Source: Protoeuglena noctilucae (lineage: Eukaryota). Taken from it: a stretch of 64,000 bases of DNA. The translations under genes were made by a program, and so were the position numbers. The notes under the pieces are model-generated. The model made no database searches, was not told where the DNA came from, and worked only from the letters and a program-made list of their open reading frames with translations. Positions 24,562-35,529 of the stretch are shown piece by piece (position 1 is the first letter of the stretch; every line of letters begins with the position of its first letter). The DNA lies in contig OY253681.1 in the NCBI GenBank assembly GCA_958009085.1, positions 248,001-312,000 on the forward strand. The letters run 5' to 3'.

Positions 24562-25777
24562 TCACTTCTTCGCCGGCTTGGCTGGCAGGCCGCCTTCCTT
24601 CTTGTACTCCAGCAGCACCGGGTACATGGTCGTGAAGGCCAGGTTGATGTCCTCTCGGGATTTAGCCCCGGTCAGGACCACCTTGCCCGACACAAAGATC
24701 AACAACACGACCTGGGGCCACACGCGGCGCTCACCGCCGGTTAAAGATCAAACGCCAGCGGCGGCAGGGCACCGTGGCCCGCGCTGGCACCATCTGTCCC
24801 GCGCATCGGGCCCAACCACACCTTTGGGAGCTCCAGGCGATAGATGAGCCCCGGGAACAGCTCGGGCTCGTAGTTGGCGAACTCCCCGTGCGCCATCTTG
24901 ATCCCCTCGAGCCGGATCGGGAAGTTGACGTTCCCGACGCCCACCACGTTCTGCGTAAGCGACAGGGGCGTCTCCGCTGGCCCCCTCGCCACCGCGAGCA
25001 GCTCGACAGCACGCGCGTGCCTGCCGGCAGGCGGCTCGCTCATCGCCTCGCTCATCCCAACGCAACGCGCCTGGATCTTGAAGTCCTTGAACTTGACCTT
25101 CTTGGCCAGGGCCTGCTGCACGGCCTTGGCGAACTTCTTCGATGCCATCTCCGCGTCCTCCATGCTCTTTGTCCCCGTGCACACCATGTTGCCCGTATGG
25201 AAGATGAGGGCCGTGGCCTTCGGGTTGCGGTCCCGCACAATCACCGCCTTGAAGCGCTGCGGGACGGCAGAGCGCGGAGACGTCAAACGTGCATCGGCAT
25301 TGGGGCTCGGAGCCCGAAATCGGACGCCCGGCGCGCGCGTCTCGCTGGACGGAGCACGCCCTCACCCGTGGATTGTACTCCGCGTTCTTGAGCTTCTTGT
25401 AGAGGGCTGCGAGGTCCAGAGACACTTGCAAAGAGCACGTCGCCACGACGTTCTGGATCGTCGGGAGCTCCTGGCCGATGGGGAGGGGCGGAGGACCCTG
25501 CGAGCAGCGCTCGCCGTGCGCGTCGGGTGCGTCCGCCGGCTCGCAGCAGCGCACGTTCCAGACCACTCATCGTCGCCGTGGGCCGGAAAACTGCCTCGGG
25601 ACGCCGGGCCGCCCGCGCAAACGCCGAGGCCATGGTCGCGAGCTGCTTGCCCGGCGCCCTGGGCGGCGAGCGGCTCTGCGCCGCACAGCAAAGACATCTT
25701 GGCGCCCAGCGCGCGCTCGCAGAGCAAGGGCCCACCTGCGGCGCCGCGTTGGGAGCCGTGGTCGAGGTGGACGCCAT
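24562..25777 (-). CDS. TBP: TATA-box binding protein (somewhat divergent)
   Basis: [63 protein letters not shown]. Confidence 0.93.
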
Positions 25778-26197
25778 CTCTGCAGCTCCGCCGCGGAGCT
25801 CCGCCCGGTTGGGTCTGACGTTCGCAGCCCCCGCTAGTACTGAGACTATCTTCTAGCGCGCCGGTGGCGCAGAAGGGGCACGAGAGCTCTCAGAGGCACA
25901 CGGGCCTTGGCACCCTCAAGCACGGGCCGTCGATGGCGAGTCTAGCGCCCTCGAGGTCTAGGACGAGGGGCTGACAGCGCCGGTAAGCAAAGGCGTCACC
26001 CAAGACGCGCCGCGCCACTTCAAGGGATGCGCGCGGAAGCCTAGCAAGCTTCTTCTCCACTCAGAGATCCTGTTCACGATAGCCACACATCCAAAAGAGG
26101 ACAGTACATGTGAGGGTACGAAGGAGCGCTGCGGACTGTACAAAGGGGCAGCGCAGTGCACGAAGTCAGGCGCCAGGCGTTTCGCCCGCAGCACGAC

Positions 26198-29100
26198 CTA
26201 GTCCCCTGCGCCTGCTGCCAGCCATAGAGTCGTTTTGCGCCCTCGCTTGTCTTGCCTACCCGTGGCTCCCGTCTCCACGTCGATTGCGTCGCGATCGTCC
26301 CCTGCCAGCGGCTGAGCAGCTTGCACAGCAGCTCCTGTGCCATGGAAGCGCCCTACGCGGGCCCAGTCGAGCGCGGGCCACGCGCGGAGGACCTGCAGAA
26401 TGCGGCCCTCGCATGCGAGACCGGTCGCCTGCACCGCCTCGGCCAGGCTGCGATCGTGGGCCTCTCGCAGGGCGCGCATTGCCCCCACCGTGCGTGCGAG
26501 CTCGTCTGCGGCCGCGTCGCTCGGGACCATCCACGGCCACCCGCAGATGGGCCTCAGCAGCACGCGGTTCGTCCACCGGTTGGCGTACTTGGCGGCCAGC
26601 ACCCGGGGATGCCTGGACGTCACCGTAGGTGGGGCCGTCTTGACTTTCTGCTGCTTCCGTTTGGACGCGCGACTGCTCCTGCTCTTGAGCAGCTCCCGGA
26701 TCGTCCCAGCCGCCGACGTGGCCAGGTCCCACATCTGGACAAGCTGGGCGAGGATCTGTGAGACACGGCACGCGGATGAAAGCGTAAAGCAGTCGGTCGA
26801 GAGCAGACTTCCGCAACCATGCATGCCGGGCTGCGTTGGGTTGCGGCAGTTCGCTCCTTGCTCACAGCACAAATTGCGGCTGTGGTGGGCCAGGTGGTGT
26901 GTGCTACGACACGCTGCACACCCACCTGGACTCCCGCGGAGAAGACGGCGGCGCCGAGGATGATTTTGGATACGACCTGTCCGTAGAGGAGCTTGGCGTG
27001 GTCACTGGCACCCGACTGCTCCATGCGCTGCGCCAGCAGGATGGTGACAAACATGAGGAGCTGGGACAGGGAGCTCAAGGTGTCCACGAGCTGATAGAGA
27101 CCGGACTCGAGGGTAGGGTACGCGATGCCGAGGCACGTCCCGACCGCGTACACGCCGGCGATGGTGGCCGTGGAGGGGAGGCGCATGGACGCGCCCCTTG
27201 CAGCTGCCGCGCCCATGAGCCCCAGGATCACGGTGGACTGGGCCAGCTTGTACACCGCCGCCACCAGGGGCATGTGCTGGACGCGGGCCCACCGCCGCCG
27301 CTCCGGCGCACTCGGCACGTCGCCGTCATGCGCCCCCCGGCGGCGCAGCGGTGCCGGGAGTGGCACGAGCACCCCCCTGTCCATGGGCATAGGCACCGAC
27401 ACCGACGGCGGCCCTTGCATCACCCGGTAGGTGGGCTGCACGCGCACGACGACCGGCCCGATCACTCCGTCGAAGAGCACAGAGCACGACTGCACCAGGA
27501 AGTCGCCGAATGGAGTGGCCCCGCGCCACGTGCCCAGCGGGCGCCGGAGGCCCACGCCGAAGCCGGACAGCACGGGGATGGGCCACCTGGCATGCCGGGC
27601 TTCCGAGGGCGACACCTCGTAGAAGACAACGCGGTCCTGGGGATACGCCGCCAGCTGCGGGCATGGATAGGGCAATCGGGATTGGACAGGGCGAGAGGGG
27701 GGGACTGTGTTTGAGACGCAGCGTTCCTGGCACAGTCTGTATGAGCCATGGAATGGGTCGTACTCTGTACAAAGCTGGTGCAGAAGCATACATGTCTGGC
27801 AGGCATGGCCAGGGCACCTGGAGGATGAGGATGAGGAGCGTCCCGATGAAGACGACGGGGAGGGCCAGGGCTGCGAGGACCACGAAGGCCACGAGCAGGG
27901 CTGCCCACGTGCGCAGCGCGAGGAGGCTCCCGGCCGCCTGACACGACACGGGCAGCGTGAGCAAGGCCAGAAACAGCTCCGGCCGAGGCCATAACAGCGG
28001 CTCGGGGGCCTCCCGCCGACGCTCGCGAGAGGCGGTGGCAGCAGCCGACGCGTCGCGCCCCCACGGGCTGCGGCGGTGCATGAGACGGTACAAGAGCTGC
28101 AGGCGACGGACCTCCACAGCGGTGGGGGGATCCAGGGCGGGGCTGGAAGCCTCCTTGGGAGCGTCTGCACCACGGCCGTCACTCCCGGGGTTGGACTCGC
28201 CGCCAGTCCCCGCGGGTGGCGCCGGGTGCACATCGAGCGTCGCCGTGCCCGTCTGAACCTCCGCTGCCGACACGCGGGGACGGATGGAGCGGATGTAGCG
28301 GAGGGAGCGGAGCCTTTCGGCCGCGAGGCGCAGGGCCCGGCGGTTGAGTGCGCTGCGCAGTGCCTGCTCTGTGCGTGAGAAGACGCCCGAGGGAGTGTCT
28401 TAGCGGGCTATGAGGAATACGAGGAGGTGGAGCGCGCATGCCCCAGAGCCGAGCACGAACACCCAGAACAGCTGCCGCGCCGCGGTGATGGTGGCGTCCA
28501 GCTGCGCTTGCTGCTGCGCGGCGGACGGGGCGGAGTTGTCCGAGAGGAGGCGGCGCCTGCAGGTGCGACGAGGCGATGGGGACCCTCACATTCATGACGT
28601 CGCTGGGTCACCTGTAGTCACCTTACATATGGGTCATGGCGTTAGTCACCGAGACATGTCAGCCGTATCAACTGATTGCGGATAGCCCTGCTGCGGATAG
28701 GGCTCACCCGGTGGCTCCTGAGGCTGTGCCTGGGGCAGGGCCACGAAAGAGGCTGTCCGTGGGGGCCGGCCAGGAGAAGTTGAAGATGTCGCCAGCGGCA
28801 TTGGTGAAGTCCGATACGACCTGGCTGACGATGGGCGGAAGCAGGCTCTGGGAACCACCTATGATTTGGATTGTCCTGGGGGTGCAGGCAGCAGGTCCAT
28901 GCGGTCAGATGTGCGGTAGGGGAGCACAGCTAAGCAGCGGCCGCGTCACATGTCATGGGGCTGACTCACCCCGCGAGGGCGAGCGCGTGCGCCCCTGCCG
29001 CAGCGCCCACAGCCGCGGTGGCGACACCGGAGGAGGACCCCTGCGCGCCCAGTGTCACGGCGACGAGGGATGTAGCCGACGCAGCGGCCGCCGACGCCAC

Positions 29101-30977
29101 CGGCGCTGCCGCAGCCGTCCCCGCCACGCCCGAACCCAGCGCGGCGCCCGAAACCTGCGGAGGCGCAAGTTGATGTCACGCTCGGACCCAGACACCTTGA
29201 ACATGGCACATCACCAGTTGCATACAACGCCCGTGGGTTACCTGGGGGACGTGGCACATGACCGCCACGGGTGCAGACTCGACCGACGCGTTGCCGTAAT
29301 AATCCACGAACGCCCCGGGTTTCACGTGCACCGTCACGACCGCATCGGCCTCGCTGGCCGTCACCGCCACGGTGCCCTCCCCCGCCCTGGCGTCGAGCAC
29401 CACGGTGGCCTGCCCCCCGGGGCCCTCCACGGCGACCGCGTCCGTCAGCGGGCCCACTGACACGACGGGCACGCCGATGTCCAGGCTCAGCGTACTTGTG
29501 CCCCCGCATGGGAAGACTCGGAACGCTTTGGGCACGAGCACCGGCCTGGGACTCGCAGACGAGGTGTGCAGGGCCAAAGACGAGGTAGCAGTGCCGGAGA
29601 CGGGGACGAGCGATGGCAGCGAGGGGCTGGGGCGACAGGTGAAGGTGCCACGGAAGCCGGGGCTGACGGAGAGGGCCACCGTGAGCACGGTCGCCGACCA
29701 GGAAGCGAGGGTCTGTGAGACGAAGCCGCCTCCGCCGAACACTTGCAAGACGTCCACGGCGTCGGAGCGGAGCTGAGAGAGGGCCTCGGCCGGCAAGGGA
29801 GCTGCCAGTGTCAGGCGCAGCACGATGCCTGTTGGCAGCACGTCCACGGGACTGGACGCGTGCAGGGATGCGCAGGGGTCGACTGGCGCGAAGGAGCCGT
29901 CGGGAGAGGGCGAGAGGGCCTGCGAAGATGCAGGTGAAGGTGGCGCATACGCTTGCGCAGCTGCGGCATTTCACTTGCAGCTGGTCCCACGCTTGTGAAG
30001 CTTGCCTGTTGCACCTCCAAGTAGGCGATCAGGCCGGCCAGGTCAGACTGGGAGACTTGCCCGCAGAGCACGTCTCCACGGGTCAGCAACCAGGCGTCGT
30101 CGTGCAGAAGCGGTGGCAGGGATGGCAGGGTGCCACCCCCATCTTGAGAGGGTGGGGAGTTTGAAGGCGTGGGAGTCCCGCTTGGCGTGGATGGGGAAGG
30201 TGAGGGAGAGGATTGCGTCGGGGGCAGAAAAGTGGGAAGGTGGAGACCAGGGCTTGGCGTGGATGGGGAAGAAGTGGGAGAGGATTGCGTCGGAGGCTGA
30301 AGAGTGGGGAGGTTGATGAGCGGAGGTGGGAAGTCGGTGGGTGGCCCTGTGGTGGGTGACGGCGCTGTGGCGGGTGGCGGCCCGTTGATGGGTGGCAGGG
30401 TGACGGGTGGTACTAGAGTTGGCGGACTGGACGGCGGGGGGCCAGATGTGCTCGAGGGTGGAGAGGCTGAGGTGGGAGAAGTCGGCGTGATGGGGAGGGG
30501 TGGCAGGGGCAGCGTCGGTGTCGGGGTGCTCGGGAGGACGTCAACAGGCAGGACTGGCGTGGGCTGGCTGGGCGCAGGAGCCGGCGAAGTGGCGGTCGCG
30601 GTGGGAGCGGGCTTGGGGCTTGCCGTTGGCAAGCTGAGACAGAGGGTCGGGTCCTGGAGGCACGAGGCCAGACGCCGAGCGGACGACCTCTGCGGGCGGG
30701 AATGTGCGGCGTGGGGGAGGCCGTTAGGCGCGCGATGCAGGCGCACAAGATAGCATGACATAACTGCAGAGTTTCATCCGCAGCACATAACTGCAGCGTT
30801 TCATCCGCAGCACCGCGCGATATTCACCGCGAGAAGCGAGGGCGGGGGGTCGTGCACGCATGACGAAGGCGGTGCTGCCGCGACCGATTGGCGCGCCAGA
30901 GCAGGGAATATTGCCTCCCCATGCACCCCTACCAACGTAGTGACACTCAGCAGGGTAACGAGCGCCAGCGACGGCAT
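26198..30977 (-). CDS. Large secretory-pathway multipass membrane protein: signal peptide, Pro/Ser/Thr-rich stalk, beta-rich Ig-like region, TM cluster
   Basis: MPSLALVTLLSVTTLVGVHG signal-like start; P/S/T-rich 30150-30630; VTVHVKPGAFVDYYGN; GRRLL; hydrophobic segments including WPRPELFLALLTLP; C-terminal AKYANRW. Many exons; joining them into one gene is inferred. Confidence 0.6.
30758..30811. repeat. 27-bp tandem duplication
   Basis: ACATAACTGCAG(A/C)GTTTCATCCGCAGC twice, one mismatch, in the likely first intron of the membrane-protein gene. Confidence 0.9.
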
Positions 30978-31677
30978 GATTGAGCTTGGCGACAAGGGTG
31001 CAGGTGGAGGCCTAGGGCGAAGCGAGCGCCTCGTATCGGCCGCCGCGCGAGTGGCAGCAGCCATCGAAGCATTGAGCTTAATAGGCAATGCCTTTTTCAT
31101 CGGCGTTAACGGCTCTCGGACGCCAGGCGGCCTCCCAACATTCCTCGACATGCCAACGAACTACTGTTGCATCCAATGGCTGGATTTTATTGCCGAGGTT
31201 ACTAGCGCACAGCAGTTTGTCGTCTCTTTAGGGACTCTATCGACTTCAGGAGGGACGCCGAGGTTGCTGTGCTGCACAGGGCAAAGTTGGGCTCCTAACT
31301 CATTTCTAGCGTCTCAGGTCCCCATTGCTTAACAGTCTCTGCTTCCCACGTCTCCCGACCTCTCGCACGCCTCTCATCGCCCCTTCACTGACTTGCTTCA
31401 CGCTTGCAACCTCACCCTTGTTGACTGCCTCTCCGCCCTCCTGCATGGGGGGCGGTGGGGCCACACGCAGGCTCGCCCACCGCATCGCCGCCGCGCCTTC
31501 CACGCCCTGGACTGTGATGTCCCTCCTGGTCGCTCCCGGTACCCCCAGCGTACGGTCACCACATTGCTGCAATAACCTGGCATCATTCCTGGGCTCGGGG
31601 ACAGGGTGTGTGGCTCGTGCATGCCACGGAGCGACCCACACGCCCGCGTTTGCAAAACCCCGCGCAGCCTGTCGAAA

Positions 31678-33704
31678 ATGACACCCTCTCTTGGCAAGCG
31701 CAGTTCTGTCTTTGTGTCAAGGCCGACGTGGCCCATCAGGGACGGCGGCCCGTGGGCCCCCGCGCGGCCTTCCCGCCCTTCCCTTGGCGCTTGGGCGGGT
31801 GTGGTCCCCCGGGCTCAGGCGCGGCCCCTGAGCGGCGGCGTCCCTCTGACATTGGACGAATTCGAAGTTGACGTTGCTGGAGACGAGGCGGGAACGAGTT
31901 TCACCCCCGCGATCGACCGCTGGGGTCCGTCAGGCATGGAGCGGCAAACGGACGCCGAGGGCGTCCCGTGGGCGACCGGAAACCCCGCCGTCTTCTCCTA
32001 CGACAAGCTGGTTGCAGGGGAACTCCGGTACCGCTACGGTGAGCTCCGCTGGGCTCGCGCTCGGCGCTGTAAGCAGCCTTCGTCCTCCGGCTGCCTCCAG
32101 CAGGGCCTCTCTTCGCCGCCGCAGACCGTTTCCTGGCGTGTGTGCGCCTGAAAGACGGCTCGGAGGTCCACGTGCACTGCCCCAACACGGGTCCCATGGT
32201 CGGCTTGGTGGGGACCCGCGCAGACAGGCGCATCACGTTGCCGACGGGGGACGTCAAGACCGTCAGGGCGCAGGCGAGTGATCGGGGACTTGCTCCGACG
32301 CATTCGCCGCATCCACACATTACATCTTACGCTGTCCTCCCCCGTGTGCAGGTGTCGGAAGGGGCGCAGGTGCTGATGAGCGACGCGGGGCCCGCCTCGC
32401 GCCGCAAGTGCCGCTTCTCCCTCGAGTGGATGCGCCCCGCGGCGTCGCGGGAGTGGGTGGGCGTGCACTCGGCCAACGCCAACCCCATCGCGCACGCGCT
32501 CTTGACACGCGGCCTTGTGCCTGGTCTGGAAGACCCCACATCAGTGCAGCGGGAGGTGCCCATCAAGCCGGGGACGCGCGTGGACTTCCAAATCGTGCAC
32601 AAGAGGGGCGCGACGGCCGCGTCGACGTTCCTCGAGGTGAAGAGCGTGACGCTGGCGGTGGAGGCGCGGGACCTGGTGCAACGGGGCGGGGCGGAGGGGT
32701 CCCTGGGGATGAGGGACGAGTCTCGGGTGGCCCTGTTCCCGGACACGGTGTCCGACCGGGCGCTGCGGCACGTTCAGGACCTCCACGAGATCGTGCTGCA
32801 CCGCCGGGACAGCCGAGGCGTGGTGCTGTTTGTCATCCAGAGGGGCGACTGCGAGGCGTTCGCGCCCAGCTGGGAGCACGACCCGACGTACAGCGCCGTG
32901 CTGAGCCGGGCCGTGCGGGCGGGGATGCCGGCGCTGGCGGCGCGGTGCCGGCTGACCCGCGACCCGACGCGGGCCAAGGAGGAGGGGCGGGGGTACCAAG
33001 TGGAGTTCTCCGGGCTGGTGCCGGTGGATACGAGCTTGGGGCAGTGCGGGAGCGAGGAGATGGCCAAGGTGGGTCGCACCGTGGTGCGCTTGTGTTGGAT
33101 GCTGGAGTTGCGGTGAGCTGGTCACCGACCGCTGACTGTGACGTCTGTGCAGATCGACAAGGTGCTCGGGAGGCGGCTGACGGCGGCGAGTAAGAAGCGG
33201 AAAGGCGACGAAGGTAAGTAGTTTGGCTGCTGGTGGTCAGTCACACTTGCGTCTTTCTTCAAATCCCACGCCCACTCGAAATGCCGCGCGTTCACACAGG
33301 TGCGGACGAGGAGGGCTTGGCCAGGGCAGTGGCCCGCAAAAAGGCGACGGGGTACAACTTATTCCTCAAGGAGACTCGGGGCATTGTGAAGGAGCAGGCG
33401 AGCGTGGCTGCAACGCGGGGCTGCAAGCACGCACAGCGTGAACAGGGCCAGGAGTGGCTGCAACCTTAGCCCGCTCCTTTGCGCAGAACCCGTCATTCCG
33501 GTGGCCGGACATCACGAAAGAGGTGGCAAGCAGGTGGCGCAGCATGGATGCAGCGGAGCGGGACGCGTGGAACGCCCGTGCAGCGGTGAGCATAGCGAAA
33601 GGGGCGCTGCGATTGGTTACGCGATGCAGCCGGATGGTGCGGAGAAGGACGCGCGTCCCGATCTCGAATGCAAGCAGGACATCCGGAGCGGAGGGGAGTC
33701 GTGA
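31678..33704 (+). CDS. SfsA-family OB-fold/PD-(D/E)XK nuclease fused to a C-terminal HMG box
   Basis: RYDRFLA, HCPNTGPM, WVGVHS..AN, REV, RVDF, FLEVKSVT, FPDTVSDRALRH, LFVIQRGD (SfsA), then spliced KKATGYNLFLKETR..VKEQNPS..W.DITKEVASRWRSM..AERDAW (HMG). Start and last exon tentative. Confidence 0.8.
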
Positions 33705-33742
33705 CGAAGCTGTGCAGAGTTCCTGCCGCGCGGGCGAGGCTC

Positions 33743-35083
33743 TCAGAGACTTCTTCGTCCCGCTGTCAGTCCGGATTTGCGCCTCATGCCTTGGTTCGCG
33801 CAGCCGGCCGCTGCCCAGGAGGCGGCGCCTGCGAGCAGCGCAAGTCTCGCGATTCCAATCTTACTCAGCGGCCCTCGCTGCCCCCGCTGTGTCAAACGTG
33901 TTCCTAGCGTCCGCTCCCGCGACGCTGTCGCGATCCCCACCTTGCCCGTGGCTGGCGCCCCTGAGGGTGGCGGCGTAGGTGCTGGCGGCTCCATCTTAAG
34001 CTTCGAAGTAGTCTCGTGCAAACCCTTCCGTCCGATGTTCTTCGGCGCCGCGGAGATGTACTCCCGGGTCGTCTCTGTCGTCGTGAACCCCCGCATCGTC
34101 GTGAGGTGGTCGCTGGCCGCCCGCCTCGCCATCCGACGGTTTAGCATGCGCGCTTTCGAGAAAAGGGCCTCCGCGTCCCGCACTGCGAGGGGCGCCCGAG
34201 GAGAGACGCTCGTCGGGAGCGGTGGGGAGCGCCGATAGCGCACACTGGCAGGGCGGCTGACGGGGGACGCGAGCAAGTGGCGTGCTGCATCGCACCTGTG
34301 CTGGTGATGGCCTTGGAGCTCGCCTCGTACTCTGACCCCAGTCGCTCCCTCTCCTGCTTCTTGCCATCCAGGTGCTGCGAAGCAGGCAGACAGCCCGACC
34401 TCATGTTGTGAGCACACCGTGCGTGCTTCCACTGCCAAGGCCCCGACCGGCCCCGCCCGCACCTCAGATACCGTCTTGAGCTTTTGATGAAACATGCCGA
34501 TCTCCTTATCGATCCCCTCGATCTCCCGCCGGTCGTCGGCAATCTGCTTCTCCGCCGACGCCTTGCGCTGTGCAAGCTGGCTCATCATCTTGTCCAACCC
34601 GTTGATCGCCCTGCAAGCAGATTCAGCCAGCACTGGTTCACCCACGTTTGGACGCAAAAGGGACGAGGGCGGGACGGCGCGCGGGGCCGGCGTCGCCTCG
34701 CCTTTCGATGAATTTCGGGTCCTGCCTCATGATCTCCTGGATAGACATCTTCTTCATCGCGTTCATCGTCTCGCCCAGCTCCTCCAACTCCGCGCGGGTC
34801 TTATCGTCCGGCTGTGCTGGCGCCTGGGGGCAGGAGGACCGAACAGCGTCGTGCATGTTGCGAGCCCTCCGCTTGCGCTGGCTCCTCGGGAGCGTCGGAC
34901 GATACCGTTGCCGCATTCTTAGCATTTGAAGTCAACTCGCGGGATGCACAGCGACCACAGCGAGGCGTGCCTCGACTAGCATGCCGTTGCGGAGGCGACG
35001 CTCAAGCTTTGCTCGCCCACCTCGGGTGCCGGGGCAGGCGGTGCCGCCTTGGGTGGCTCGGGCTTGGCCTCCTTGGGCGACAT
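33743..35083 (-). CDS. Coiled-coil protein resembling SSNA1/DIP13 with terminal extensions
   Basis: Spliced MSPKEAKPEPP...AINGLDKMMSQLAQRKASAEKQIADDRREIEGIDKEIGMFHQKLKTVSEHLDGKKQE; 3' end uncertain. Confidence 0.55.
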
Positions 35084-35529
35084 GATTTACGACGGGGCAG
35101 CCGCGGTCGTGCGATGCACAGGCCAGAGTTTGAACAACTAGACGGTGTGGTCGTGAAGTCAGTTGGCAGTAGTTTCTACCAGACGCGGATGAGGCGTCGC
35201 GATGCTCCAGTAACTGAGCCCGGCGTGCACGTTTGGCAGCCCAATGAGCTGCACAGGCCTGCTCTGGCATGGGCAGACGCAAGACGCCGTGAACACTGTA
35301 CTCCATGCGCCAGAGACTCGGCCACGCACTTCCCTCGCTCCTGATAGCTTCAGCTGGCACCGGGGAGCACTGCGCGTGTTCGGGTCGACGACGCTATCTG
35401 GTCAGGCCAGGATTTCTCAGATTTTTCACAAAGCAGAGGGCAACACGGCGCGCTCCCGACCGCCTGTGATTCAGAGTCACTCGCCTCGCCCCGCCTGCGG
35501 GCGGGGAGGCGGTTCCAGCGGTTGGCACG

